DNA of 58,185 nucleotides, taken from a bacterium. GTDB lineage: Bacteria > Krumholzibacteriota > Krumholzibacteriia > LZORAL124-64-63. The position numbers were made by a program, and so were the translations under genes. The notes beneath the pieces are model-generated. The model saw nothing but the letters and a program-made list of their open reading frames with translations. It was not told the origin of the DNA and searched no databases. Shown here piece by piece: positions 8,821-18,675 of this stretch. How positions within the stretch are numbered: the first letter of the stretch is position 1; the number at the start of each line of letters is the position of its first letter. Location: the NCBI GenBank assembly GCA_043823125.1, contig JBDRBC010000479.1, positions 1 through 58,185 of the forward strand. Reading direction: 5' to 3'.

Positions 8821-11070
8821 TCACTCCAGTTCCCCTTCCTCGGCAACGACGTTGCCCAGGCGATCGCTCACCACCACCCGCACCCGCCACGGCTCGGGCG
8901 GAGCCGGTTTCGTTTCGCCAGGGTAGACCACCTCGGCAGCGAACTGCTCCTCCTGACTGTCACAGACACCGTCCCGAGGGTCGAGCCGTTCCGTGTCGCC
9001 ATTGGGCAGCTCGAGCCACGCCTCCCCCAGTGGGGAGATCGTATCCGCCACCTTGAACTCGATCCGGATACCGTCCACGGTCCGTTTCACCGAGAAGTTG
9101 CTGATTCGGGGCGGACTGTTGTCCACCTGCAACGGTGCGCCGATCTTGGACGTGGTCAGGGCGGTTGCCCGCGGATTGTCGGGGCGGTCACTGGCGGTCA
9201 GGCGCACCACGTAGGTGCCGTCGGGAACGGTGGCGGTGTCCCAGCTCCCCACCATCTCGTGACTGGCTGTGCTCACCGGGCGCCAGGTCTGCTCCCCGAT
9301 CCGCTGGTATTCCAGCTGGTACTGCAGTCGATCGTCGTTGGGATCGTGCGCCAACCACATGAAGGTGCGCAGCGGACGCGTGGGCTCGGCCTTGAACAGA
9401 TCGGCCCTGGTGTCTTTGCGGCTGGTGAGATTGTATTCGGCTTTCAAACCGCTCCGGAAGGTCTCGGTGACGTTCTCCTCGTGACTCATCAACCCGCCCA
9501 GGCTGATCTCGCCGGCTGGCTCCAGGACGAACTCATAGATGACGGGGGGACGGTTGGGCTCGACGCCGCTGACCGTCACCGCAGCCAGGGCGCACTCCGG
9601 ATGCTTCCCCTTGAACAACACGCGCCACTGCAAAAACCGCGAGGGCGACACGTCGAGGGCGTGGTCTTGATCGCGCCAGCTCTCGCTCCATTCGCTCCAG
9701 GTCTCGTCTGGGGTCGAGCGCGCACCGCTCCTGACGGAGAACTCCAGGTTCCCCGCAGCTCTCGGGCTGCCTTCCCAGCGCAGCCGTCTCCAGCGGATGG
9801 CCGCGCCGCCGTCCAGCGGTGGCGAGATCGCCGTCACGGAACCTTCACTCTCCTCTTCCAGACGCACGACGCGGCCTGGATGCGCCAGGCAGGCGATCAC
9901 ACTCTCATGTCCTCCCCCGGTCTCCTCCACCACGATGTCGAGCACATCGCCGGCTTCCCAGGTCGCAATGGTCCGACTCCCCGCCGGTTCCGTCAGGACC
10001 AGCAAGGCCGCCTGATCCTGGGCACGATCGATCATCCCGGCCCCCAGCCAGCCCCAGTTCCGGCTGTAGGCCACGGCGAGCAAGTTGGTCTCATCGCTCC
10101 AGACCTGGCTGACCAGTCCATCCGGATCGAGCCGGTAGAGTGCGGCCGGTTCGGGCACGGCATCCTGCCCGTTGCCACCGCCGTTGTGAGCGCCGCCGCC
10201 GTTGAGGGTCTGGACCGACAGGCTGATGTCCCCGAGGTCATCCTGGCGCGAGACGGCCAGAAAGAACCACTGGCCGGCCGGCCCCGCGGCGAACTGACGG
10301 ATCTCCTCCTGGGTGGTCTCGAAGAGGATCTCCGGAAACTTCGGTCGGTGCGGATCGATCCGGTACAGGAGGCCGGGGCCCTGGGTTGCCACCAGCAGCG
10401 CGCCGTTTTCGTCTCGTACCAGATCCAGAGCGTTGGCGGCCGCCAACCGGGTGAGCAACTTGACCTCGTGCCGACCGTCCACGACGTACACCGCCGCCGG
10501 CGCGCCGGTGGCCAGATAGAGCTGCTGTTTCGAGCCCACATCCATGGCCCAGATATACCCTTCCGGCAGGTCCGCCCAGATCTCCGCCTCGCCGCTCCGG
10601 TCGATGCGATAAAGCAGCCCGTCCGGACCACCGCCGGCATAGAGAAAATCCCCCACCTTCAACAAGCAGAAGATCTCCGGTTCGGGTAGGGTCACCAGCA
10701 GTTCGGCCTCGCCGTTCCTCGGTTGATGCCAGATCTCACCGCTGTGGCCGGTCCCCGCATACAAACCGCCGTCGCCGTCAGGGATGGTTTGCCACACCAC
10801 CTCGCACTCGCCGGCCAGGACTTCCGTCGGCACCAGCCCGGCGATGAGCCGTCCGTAAACGTCCCGCGCCACACCCTCCAGCTCGAACTCGTCGAAATCG
10901 ATGCTTTCCGGGTAGTCCCAGAAGACTGGCCCGGACGCCAGGACCGGTGTCGGCCCGGCGCCGAGAACAGCGACCACGAAACCGAGTAGTGCGGTGGCAA
11001 CGGCATGGCGGCGACTGCGGCGGATTATTGTGCCAGGTCGTACAGACTGAGCCACAGGGAATCGAATCAT
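8821..11070 (-). CDS. secreted beta-propeller / Ig-like multidomain protein, function unknown
   Basis: 749 aa with a signal-anchor-like N-terminus (AVATALLGFVVAVLGAGPTPVLASG). Repeated LYxG/LLYRID blade-like motifs in the first ~350 aa, then Ig/Fn3-like segments at the C-terminus. 4-nt overlap with the upstream S55 peptidase gene. Confidence 0.6.
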   Translation of the reverse strand: MIRFPVAQSVRPGTIIRRSRRHAVATALLGFVVAVLGAGPTPVLASGPVFWDYPESIDFDEFELEGVARDVYGRLIAGLVPTEVLAGECEVVWQTIPDGDGGLYAGTGHSGEIWHQPRNGEAELLVTLPEPEIFCLLKVGDFLYAGGGPDGLLYRIDRSGEAEIWADLPEGYIWAMDVGSKQQLYLATGAPAAVYVVDGRHEVKLLTRLAAANALDLVRDENGALLVATQGPGLLYRIDPHRPKFPEILFETTQEEIRQFAAGPAGQWFFLAVSRQDDLGDISLSVQTLNGGGAHNGGGNGQDAVPEPAALYRLDPDGLVSQVWSDETNLLAVAYSRNWGWLGAGMIDRAQDQAALLVLTEPAGSRTIATWEAGDVLDIVVEETGGGHESVIACLAHPGRVVRLEEESEGSVTAISPPLDGGAAIRWRRLRWEGSPRAAGNLEFSVRSGARSTPDETWSEWSESWRDQDHALDVSPSRFLQWRVLFKGKHPECALAAVTVSGVEPNRPPVIYEFVLEPAGEISLGGLMSHEENVTETFRSGLKAEYNLTSRKDTRADLFKAEPTRPLRTFMWLAHDPNDDRLQYQLEYQRIGEQTWRPVSTASHEMVGSWDTATVPDGTYVVRLTASDRPDNPRATALTTSKIGAPLQVDNSPPRISNFSVKRTVDGIRIEFKVADTISPLGEAWLELPNGDTERLDPRDGVCDSQEEQFAAEVVYPGETKPAPPEPWRVRVVVSDRLGNVVAEEGELE

Positions 11071-13166
11071 GGACGGGCTTCCTTCCTGGTTGGCGCGGAC
11101 GATTGCCGGATCACGATATCCCGGATGACGTGGCCGTCGAGTACCTGTCCCGTTTCCACCCGCTTTCTGGCAATGATGTCGGCCAGGGTCGGGGAAATCC
11201 GGCCACTCCTTTCCTGTCGGAGCAGCTTCCCGACGCTGGCGGGCAGATCGGCCAGTTCATGCCCGTCCACCAGGACGCCCCGTGACGGCGCATACAGCAC
11301 CAGTGCGAGTTCGGTGGCGGTCCGCGGGGAATGGAGCAGGTCCAGTGTGGCCTGATAGCTGAGATCGGCGAACTTGCCCGCAGCCCGTTCGCTTTCCAGG
11401 GCGAACACGTCCCGACCGTTGGCCACCAGCAACCGGTAATGGCCCGGTGGCAGATGCAAAGGCAGTGCAAGCAGGTGGGACACGGTCTCGGACCGACCCC
11501 GTCGCGGGTGCAGGGTCACCGTCACCGGCAGGTCAGCACCACGTTCCAGAGATCTGGGGACCGTGACCGAACTGATGGTGGCCATCTCGAGGCAGGGGCT
11601 GATCCGGAGCGAACCATCCACAGCGATCAGTCGCAGGGGACGGTGCCGGTTGGCCACCAGGATCCGTAACGGCGCCATCCACTCCGCCGCCAGCGCGATC
11701 ATGGCGCCCGGCCCGGCCACGGCGCCGTCGATCCCGACGGACTCCTCGTTCCCCTGGCTGTCCCGCCAGACCGTATCGAGGTGATACCCGATGGTCTGCA
11801 GGCTGAGATCGTCTCCCCGCACGAGCAACGCGTTATACAGACACCAGAATACCAGCGCCGGGGTCAGGCGCGGATCCTGGACCACTTCGAAGTGGTACTG
11901 CTCCTGCCCGGTGGATCGCTCCAGTTGCACGTTCACCGGCAGCAGATCGGGTCCCGGCCCCAGCCGACCGGTCACGCCGGAGCGGAGGTCGTGAAATACC
12001 GAACCCACCACCTCACCGATGGCTCCCATCTTGAACGACATCTGCCGACTGGGGAAAATACTCAGGATCTCGGCAGCCGCCAGCGGGAAGGTCACCGCGC
12101 CTTGTTGCATGAGTGGGTGTCCCAGGAGATAGACCCGATCGTCTTCCACCCAGGTAGTGGTGCCGATGGAGCCCAACAGGGCATCCCCCAGAACCAGCGG
12201 CACGGCACAGGCCGACCCGGGTGCGAACCGGTTACCGGCGCCCGCCCCACCCCCCGGAGCTTGTACCGACTCGGTGCGACCCAGGGGGGCGTAGATCAAG
12301 GTCGCCGGCAGCGGTTGCCACTCCTGGCCCGGGCCAGCGGCCGCCGGCGAGACCGGGAGCAACAACTGCTCGGCCAGCTGCATCGGGTCCGGCCAGGCCG
12401 TTTCGGTGCCGGATCGCGGATCGTGGCCGTGCTGGGCCGTGGCACCGGCAGCATCCTGACGGGACTGGTCACCGACACGCCACGTCGTTTCTCCGGCAGC
12501 AGCTGTGCTTGCAGAGCTGAACATCCGCGCCGCCAAGAATCGCCCGCGACCGCCGGGATCGAGCAAGCGGTTCAGCTGGCCAGGCAAGAGATCGGTGGCG
12601 GCCGCCATGAGCTCGGGCTGCCCGCCCGACGCGACCGGTTTCACGGAATCGCTGTCGGAATCGAGGTCCATTGGCGCCGCGGCCGCGGTGGGCATGGCCA
12701 GCATCTCCTCGGCCGGGGTTACCCCCACGATGGGGCGCAAGGCGCCCGACCAACCGAAGGCGACTGCCCCGGCCAGTCGACCATCCAGGAATACGGGGCT
12801 CCCGCTCATACCCCGCGGAATGGCGGTGAACTCCAGATCGTGCCCGGAGACTTCCACCAGGATGACACTGCCGGCCGCCCGCACGTTGCGTTGTACACCG
12901 ATCACTTCCACACCGAACGTATCGATCCGGCTGCCCTTGAAGACGGTCAGTCCGTAGCCGCGCATCCCCGCACTGATCTCTGTCAGCGGCAACCAGCGAT
13001 TGCTCTCCACGGGGATCGTGGCCGAGTGAGCCGCCACGGTTGCGGCGGCAGGTTCGGTCCCGTTCCGGGCGAAACCGGACGACCCATAGCCGAACCAGGC
13101 CACCAGAAGCACCTGGGCGGCGATATGGATTCCGATGATCCGAGTTCGTGCAGCGTTTCGTTTCAA
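11067..13166 (-). CDS. SpoIVB-like peptidase S55 domain protein (secreted)
   Basis: 699 aa with an N-terminal hydrophobic segment. GYGLTVFKGSRIDTFGVEVIGV...IPRGMSGSPVFLDGRLAGAVAFGW matches the S55 catalytic serine block GMSGSP. Confidence 0.65.
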   Translation of the reverse strand: MKRNAARTRIIGIHIAAQVLLVAWFGYGSSGFARNGTEPAAATVAAHSATIPVESNRWLPLTEISAGMRGYGLTVFKGSRIDTFGVEVIGVQRNVRAAGSVILVEVSGHDLEFTAIPRGMSGSPVFLDGRLAGAVAFGWSGALRPIVGVTPAEEMLAMPTAAAAPMDLDSDSDSVKPVASGGQPELMAAATDLLPGQLNRLLDPGGRGRFLAARMFSSASTAAAGETTWRVGDQSRQDAAGATAQHGHDPRSGTETAWPDPMQLAEQLLLPVSPAAAGPGQEWQPLPATLIYAPLGRTESVQAPGGGAGAGNRFAPGSACAVPLVLGDALLGSIGTTTWVEDDRVYLLGHPLMQQGAVTFPLAAAEILSIFPSRQMSFKMGAIGEVVGSVFHDLRSGVTGRLGPGPDLLPVNVQLERSTGQEQYHFEVVQDPRLTPALVFWCLYNALLVRGDDLSLQTIGYHLDTVWRDSQGNEESVGIDGAVAGPGAMIALAAEWMAPLRILVANRHRPLRLIAVDGSLRISPCLEMATISSVTVPRSLERGADLPVTVTLHPRRGRSETVSHLLALPLHLPPGHYRLLVANGRDVFALESERAAGKFADLSYQATLDLLHSPRTATELALVLYAPSRGVLVDGHELADLPASVGKLLRQERSGRISPTLADIIARKRVETGQVLDGHVIRDIVIRQSSAPTRKEARP

Positions 13167-13442
13167 TTGACACCCCAGTCCGTCAGGTCATGAAGCCAGC
13201 ACCAGAAGAGGAGATTCGTACCGGTACCCAACACAATTCGAGTATCGCGCATACTAGCTACAGTGGAGTGGCCTGGCAAGGCTCCAACCTCGGGGGATGA
13301 CCGATTCGGGCCGTTCCGGGCTGATCCGGACAATTGCGGGCCGGCCCAGACCGCGCTCCGCCTTTTCTTGCGGCGCCCAACTTCCCACTATTCGCGCCCC
13401 CTTACGGTTGACAACGCAAAAGTGATGCCACCAAACACGGGT

Positions 13443-13480
13443 AAAAAATCCGGGGATCCGCTTATCTTGCGGATCCCCGG
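13443..13480 (-). terminator. rho-independent terminator after the tRNA cluster
   Basis: 12-bp perfect stem CCGGGGATCCGC (13450-13461) / GCGGATCCCCGG (13469-13480) with a 7-nt loop. On the minus strand it is followed by a T6 run (13443-13448). Confidence 0.8.
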
Positions 13481-13485
13481 AGATA

Positions 13486-13562
13486 TGGTACGCCCAGGAG
13501 GACTCGAACCCCCAACCTTCTGGTCCGTAGCCAGACGCTCTATCCAATTGAGCTATGGGCGC
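13486..13562 (-). tRNA. tRNA-Arg (anticodon ACG), CCA encoded
   Basis: Reverse complement is GCGCCCATAGCTCAATTGGATAGAGCGTCTGGCTACGGACCAGAAGGTTGGGGGTTCGAGTCCTCCTGGGCGTACCA. Confidence 0.9.
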
Positions 13563-13576
13563 CCCGTAACGTGCTC

Positions 13577-13664
<88 letters not shown>

Positions 13665-13676
13665 CGATTTCTTGCT

Positions 13677-13763
13677 TGGCGGAGGGCGGGGGACTCGAAC
13701 CCCCAAGGGTTTTCACCCGGCGGTTTTCAAGACCGCTGCCTTACCAATTAGGACTAGCCCTCC
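13677..13763 (-). tRNA. tRNA-Ser (anticodon UGA), CCA encoded
   Basis: 87-nt type II tRNA, GGAGGGCTAGTCCTAATTGGTAAGGCAGCGGTCTTGAAAACCGC..., with a variable arm, then GGTTCGAGTCCCCCGCCCTCCGCCA. Confidence 0.85.
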
Positions 13764-13828
13764 AGGTTTCTTCTCGACCCCTGAAAGGTCTCGTTGACAC
13801 TGAAATCAGGCGATGGAGAGGCACGGTA

Positions 13829-16603
13829 CTAATTGCCCTTCAGTTTGTCAAGGAGCCCCTTCAATCCTTCTTTCACCGTGTCCTGCAGATCGTCCCCGGC
13901 CTGCTCCTGTAAAAGGGCTTTGGCTTCCTCCAGATCGAGGGTGACTCGCGGTCGCGCCGAACGCCCGGACAGGCGTAGATCGAGCTTGATCCGCTCGTCT
14001 TCCCCCCGCATGGCCGCGGCCAGGAAGGAGAACGCGCCGAGCTGCGGCGTGAAATCGGCCGGCAGTTTCACCTGGAGCACCAGGTCGATGCCGCCGTCGA
14101 ATCCCAGCCAACCGTCTCCCCACCAGTCGGTGTCGGGCCCGTGCAGTTCCAGGTCCTTGATGTGGTACCGTCCATCCCGCACCTCGAAGTTGTGCAGGAA
14201 TCGCTTGAACTTGATCAACTTGAGGTCCTGGCGGTCGCCGAGGTACTGGCTGATACCGTCCAGCAACGAGTTGGCGCGAATGACACCGTTGCTGGCAAGG
14301 GCGTCGCCGCCGAGACTCAGGGAGGACAGGACCGAGGCCTTGTCCTTTAGCCGGCACCCGCCACTGGCTTTGGCCGTCACCACCCCTTCCCAGAGCGGCC
14401 CGATGGCCGGCGCGTACGGCGTGACCAGCGCGCCCACGGGCACTTCGGTGGCCTCGGCTTCAAAGCTGAGTTCACCGTGGGGATCCACGGCGTAGTCGAT
14501 GGCGCCGTGGCCGGTAATGGTCCCGGTGTCCTGGCGGGCGGTGACGGAAGCGAAGATCAACCGACGCCGCTGCAAGGACCCCTGAGCTAACACATCGTCG
14601 TACCGCGCGTTATGCATAATCACGGTTCCGACCCGACCGGCATACGACACAGTCAACGATTCGGGGATCCGTTCTCCCGGGGGAATCGCAGCTTCGGTCG
14701 CCGGCGCCGCGGCATACGCCACGGCCACCAGCTCGTTCAGGAACCGGAGGGGCCAACGGGTGGGTGGCCGTTGAACGACCTGGTCCGGGTCGCCGAAGAG
14801 CGTGACCAGTTGATCCACATCCAGTCGCTCCACCTGGAGATCCAGTTCCAGTAACGGCTCCGGAAAGAACTGGGTGACCCGGGCTGTGACGCCGCCACTC
14901 AGTGCCGAATGTTGCACTCCCTGGCAGCTCACCGTGGCCTGGCGGCCGTCACTGTCGAAGCTGATCTGGCCGAGGTCCCACGGTTCACCGGGTATTCCGG
15001 TCACCTGCAGGTCGGTGAGGGAGCCCTGGAGGGCCACCCCGCTGAGCTGTCCCGATTCGAGCAACTGTCGCCACGCTTCCTGGTCCTGCCAGGCGGGCGT
15101 TTCCGCCAGCTCGAGGTCCAGACGCCACCGCAGTGATCCAGCCAGCCGCGGCGGCGTGGCGGGTTCACCGGCGGGCGCCAGCGCCGCACTGACCGACAAG
15201 CCGAGGGCCTGGAGCTGGCCGAGGTTCCCGGAACCCGCCAGCGCTCCCGTCAACGTCCCGTGTTGGTTGTCCAGCGGCAGATCCAACCGACCGTTGACGG
15301 CCAACCCTCCCCCCGGTTCCGTGAGTTCGATGTCCACCAGTGACAGGACATTCCGGACGAGTTCGAGCCGCAACTCCAGATCCAGAATCGCCTCGCCGCC
15401 CGGGAGCTGGCAACGCCCGGCCGTCAGACTGCCGGCCATGGTCACACCCTGCAACAGTTCGAGGGGCGAGGATTGTGGCGGCGTCGGCCACGGGAGCGAG
15501 AGCTGCCCACCCAGGGTCAACTCTCCCGCACTGACCGGCCCGGCCGTCAGCCACTGCTGGACCGGATCGGGATCCGTCGCCGCCTCCGCGGCAGCGGGTG
15601 GCGGCGCCAGCTCCTGGCAATCCTGCACCAAGGCGGCCAGCGGCATGGTCCCGCTCCGCCAGGTCCCGGATAAACGAGCGAATCCCATCCGATCGGGGCG
15701 GGAAAGCTCCAGATCGGCCGCCAGTTCCAGACTACGCCAGGTGATGGCATCCACCTGGATACCGAGGTGGTCGGCCGCCGGCTCGGCCACGAGGGCGCCC
15801 CGAGCCGAGATGTCGGTGAAGGTAGTGGGTGGTCCCTCGCTGAAACCGGCCACTGTCAACTGGCCCAGATTCGTCTGCACCTGAAGTCTCGATGTCTCGG
15901 GGGCGGGATCCGCTTCCGGTTCTCCGGTCCGGAAGGCCAGCAAGCGCTGCAGGAGCAGATTCATGTCGCCAATGGTGATCTCCTGTTCCCAGCCCGTGAT
16001 GGTGATGGCTTTCTCGGTCCGTGCCTGTCGCCACCGCACGGAACCGTTACGGACCTCGATACCCGCCACCACCAGTTCCCACGGCATGACCATCTGCGGG
16101 GACGGCTCGACCGCCGGACTCGAACCGCCCGACGGTACAGGCGGCGCCCCACTGCCTGGCAACACTGTCGAACCAGTGGTCGGGCCCCCGGGTGGTGGCT
16201 CCGGATTTTTCGTCACCACGTCGATCTCCGGCGCCACCAGCCGGATCTTGCCGGTCTCGATCCGTTTCCGCAGGAGCGGACCGATGGCCAGGTCGATCTC
16301 GAGGCGGTCGAGTGTCACCTCGTACGATTGGAGATTACTTTCGATCCGGGCCGCCTGCTCCAGAGCCCGTCCCGTTCCCTTGATCTCGCCGTCCTTGACC
16401 ACCACCCGCAAGCGGGGCCAGAACCCTACCGTGGCTTGCCCGAGGCTCACCTGAGCACCTGTGGCCGCCTCCAGTTTGGTGACCAAAAGATCACGTATTC
16501 TGTCCGTCGGTATCAGCAGGCGAGCGGTGACGGTGAGGGCGACCACCAGCAGGATCAGCAGGAGCAGGAACCGGATCAGCTTGCGACGAAACAGTGAAGC
16601 CAC
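13829..16603 (-). CDS. AsmA-family / TamB-like envelope protein
   Basis: A GTG at 16603, preceded by GGGGAGG, gives VASLFRRKLIRFLLLLILLVVALTV (N-terminal anchor). The rest is long and beta-rich, with an AsmA-like start (LVTKLEAATGAQVSLGQATVGFWPRLRVVVKDGEI). The longer track ORF would overlap mnmA. Confidence 0.65.
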   Translation of the reverse strand: MASLFRRKLIRFLLLLILLVVALTVTARLLIPTDRIRDLLVTKLEAATGAQVSLGQATVGFWPRLRVVVKDGEIKGTGRALEQAARIESNLQSYEVTLDRLEIDLAIGPLLRKRIETGKIRLVAPEIDVVTKNPEPPPGGPTTGSTVLPGSGAPPVPSGGSSPAVEPSPQMVMPWELVVAGIEVRNGSVRWRQARTEKAITITGWEQEITIGDMNLLLQRLLAFRTGEPEADPAPETSRLQVQTNLGQLTVAGFSEGPPTTFTDISARGALVAEPAADHLGIQVDAITWRSLELAADLELSRPDRMGFARLSGTWRSGTMPLAALVQDCQELAPPPAAAEAATDPDPVQQWLTAGPVSAGELTLGGQLSLPWPTPPQSSPLELLQGVTMAGSLTAGRCQLPGGEAILDLELRLELVRNVLSLVDIELTEPGGGLAVNGRLDLPLDNQHGTLTGALAGSGNLGQLQALGLSVSAALAPAGEPATPPRLAGSLRWRLDLELAETPAWQDQEAWRQLLESGQLSGVALQGSLTDLQVTGIPGEPWDLGQISFDSDGRQATVSCQGVQHSALSGGVTARVTQFFPEPLLELDLQVERLDVDQLVTLFGDPDQVVQRPPTRWPLRFLNELVAVAYAAAPATEAAIPPGERIPESLTVSYAGRVGTVIMHNARYDDVLAQGSLQRRRLIFASVTARQDTGTITGHGAIDYAVDPHGELSFEAEATEVPVGALVTPYAPAIGPLWEGVVTAKASGGCRLKDKASVLSSLSLGGDALASNGVIRANSLLDGISQYLGDRQDLKLIKFKRFLHNFEVRDGRYHIKDLELHGPDTDWWGDGWLGFDGGIDLVLQVKLPADFTPQLGAFSFLAAAMRGEDERIKLDLRLSGRSARPRVTLDLEEAKALLQEQAGDDLQDTVKEGLKGLLDKLKGN

Positions 16604-16623
16604 GAATTTTCCTCCCCGTGAAA

Positions 16624-17772
16624 TCAGGCGGTCTTCACAATCCGACCACCACCGAGCACAATATCGTCTCGATACATGACCAGCGCCTGTCCCGGCGCGG
16701 CGCCGAACACAGGTTCGGTGAGAGCCACCATCAGCCGCCTCTCGTCGAGTCGCCACTGCGCCACCGCTACCCCACGGTGGCGGTGACGGATCCGCGCGAG
16801 CCAGTTCCCGGCAATACCCCGGGGCGGTCCTGTCGCCGAAAAATCCGGGGCGCTGGACACGAACCGATCACACCAGAGTCGGGTCACCGCCAATTCCTCT
16901 GCGGTCCCGACGATGAGTCGATTGTGTTCGTTGTCCAGGGCCAGGACATACAGTGGCTGTCCGGCAGCGATCCCGAGTCCACGGCGCTGGCCCACCGTAT
17001 AGTACACCAGGCCGCGGTGACGACCAAGCAGCTCCCCCTTTCGATCGACGATATCTCCCGGTAACGAGCCCCGCGACGCCTGGAACAGAAACGAACGGTC
17101 GTCCTCGGGCACGAAGCAGATCTCCTGACTATCGGGCTTCGCGGCCACCGGCAGGCCGAGTGTTCCAGCGGCCTGACGCACCTCGGTCTTGGTGTACCAG
17201 CCCAGGGGGAACACGATGCGCGGGAGATCTTCCGCCTTGAGCCGGTACAGGAAATACGCCTGGTCCTTTTCCGGATCCAGCCCGCGCCGGAGTTGCCACT
17301 GCTGATCACTCCTGGAGATGCGAGCGTAATGCCCGGTGGCCACCAGATCGAGTCCCAGCAGATCGGCCAGACGCAACAGCTCCGGGAAACGCACGGCGGC
17401 ATTGCAGTCGATGCAGGGATTGGGTGTGCGGGCCCGGCCATACTCGGCCACGAAGGGAGTGATCACCTGCTCCTGGAAACGAGCCGACACGTCACTGACC
17501 TGATGCCGACAGTCGAAGCGATACGCGATCCGTCGCGCATCCTCGATGGCCTCGAGGGAACAGCAGGCCTTGTCACCCGGCGTGGCCCCGGCTGGATCAC
17601 TGTCGCCATAACAGAAATTCTTGAAGGTGACGGTGTGGACGCGACAGCGGAGATGGAACAGCAGCGCGAGGGCCACGCTGCTGTCCACTCCTCCGCTCAG
17701 CGCCATCAAGACAGTGGTTCCCGGCCGCAGAACGGATTCGAGTGCGGACGGAATCGGCAGGGGAAAAGACAT
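16624..17772 (-). CDS. mnmA: tRNA 2-thiouridine(34) synthase
   Basis: 382 aa with the PP-loop MALSGGVDSSVA, plus CCSLEAIEDARR and ATGHYAR motifs. Confidence 0.95.
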   Translation of the reverse strand: MSFPLPIPSALESVLRPGTTVLMALSGGVDSSVALALLFHLRCRVHTVTFKNFCYGDSDPAGATPGDKACCSLEAIEDARRIAYRFDCRHQVSDVSARFQEQVITPFVAEYGRARTPNPCIDCNAAVRFPELLRLADLLGLDLVATGHYARISRSDQQWQLRRGLDPEKDQAYFLYRLKAEDLPRIVFPLGWYTKTEVRQAAGTLGLPVAAKPDSQEICFVPEDDRSFLFQASRGSLPGDIVDRKGELLGRHRGLVYYTVGQRRGLGIAAGQPLYVLALDNEHNRLIVGTAEELAVTRLWCDRFVSSAPDFSATGPPRGIAGNWLARIRHRHRGVAVAQWRLDERRLMVALTEPVFGAAPGQALVMYRDDIVLGGGRIVKTA

Positions 17773-17822
17773 GCTATCCCCTCACCAGGCGCCGGATTGC
17801 CCAACGGACACGTTGGCTTCGA

Positions 17823-18632
17823 TCAGTGACCACCCGCCGGCTGGCCCAGATTCTCCGGCACTTCCGAGGAGAGCAGTTCCTGCACGATCTGGATGTTGGC
17901 CCGGGAACGATCACCGATATCACCGTCCGGATCCACTTTCGCCGCCAGCTCCCATTCCAGCAACGCTTCGCGGTAGATCTTCTCCTCCGCGAACATGATG
18001 GCCATGTTGTAGTGCGCCAGGGCGCTGTTGGGATTGATGGCGAGCACGTGGCTGAACCGCACCTTGGCCTCGGTCTGTTCCTTCTGCTTGAGATGCAGGG
18101 AGCCCAGATTGCAGTTCGCCTTTTCGTTGTCGGGATCGATGGCCAGGGCGCGTTCGTACATGGTGCGAGCGGTGTCCAGGTGCTCCTGGCGAACCCGTCG
18201 TTGTTCGAAATTGGTGCCGATGGGTGCGGCACGATCGTCGTATAGGGAACCCAGGTTGACATAGGCCTGGACGAAGGTGCTGTCCAGGGCGATGGCCTGG
18301 GCGAAATGTATCTGGGCAGAGTCGAGATACGTCGAAACGATATCGGTATTCCAGCCTGTATTCTCGGCACTGTCGCTGGCAGCGCCGTAGTAGAAGTTGC
18401 CCAGCTCATAATGGGCGTAAGTCGCCACGGGTGGCTTGCCGTTGGCCAGGACCTGCAACGAATCCACGAATTCCGCTGTGGGCAGGCTGCGGTAGTGCTC
18501 CAAGAACTTGTCGAGTTCACTCTGGGGGATCTTCTGCTTGCAACCCCACAGGCCCACACTCATCACCAGCGCTGCCAGGATCAGGAGATACCCTGACCAG
18601 CTGTTTGTCCTAAAACTTCCTGTCCGCCTCAT
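17823..18632 (-). CDS. TPR-repeat lipoprotein
   Basis: 269 aa with lipobox LWGC (MSVGLWGCKQK). TPR-like repeats follow (AHYELGNFYY, AQIHFAQAIALD, AYVNLGSLY, AHYNMAIMFAEEKIYREALLEWELA). Confidence 0.75.
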   Translation of the reverse strand: MRRTGSFRTNSWSGYLLILAALVMSVGLWGCKQKIPQSELDKFLEHYRSLPTAEFVDSLQVLANGKPPVATYAHYELGNFYYGAASDSAENTGWNTDIVSTYLDSAQIHFAQAIALDSTFVQAYVNLGSLYDDRAAPIGTNFEQRRVRQEHLDTARTMYERALAIDPDNEKANCNLGSLHLKQKEQTEAKVRFSHVLAINPNSALAHYNMAIMFAEEKIYREALLEWELAAKVDPDGDIGDRSRANIQIVQELLSSEVPENLGQPAGGH

Positions 18633-18675
18633 TGTCCCTCCCCTGTGGATCTTGCCAAGTTCAGCTTGCTACAGT

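Noticed and set aside
13677-13763. Possible tRNA-Sec, given the long variable arm and the proximity of redox genes elsewhere.
   Set aside because: The anticodon loop reads CTTGAAA, so the anticodon is UGA (reads UCA, Ser) and not UCA. The acceptor stem is 7 bp rather than 8, so this is an ordinary type II tRNA-Ser.
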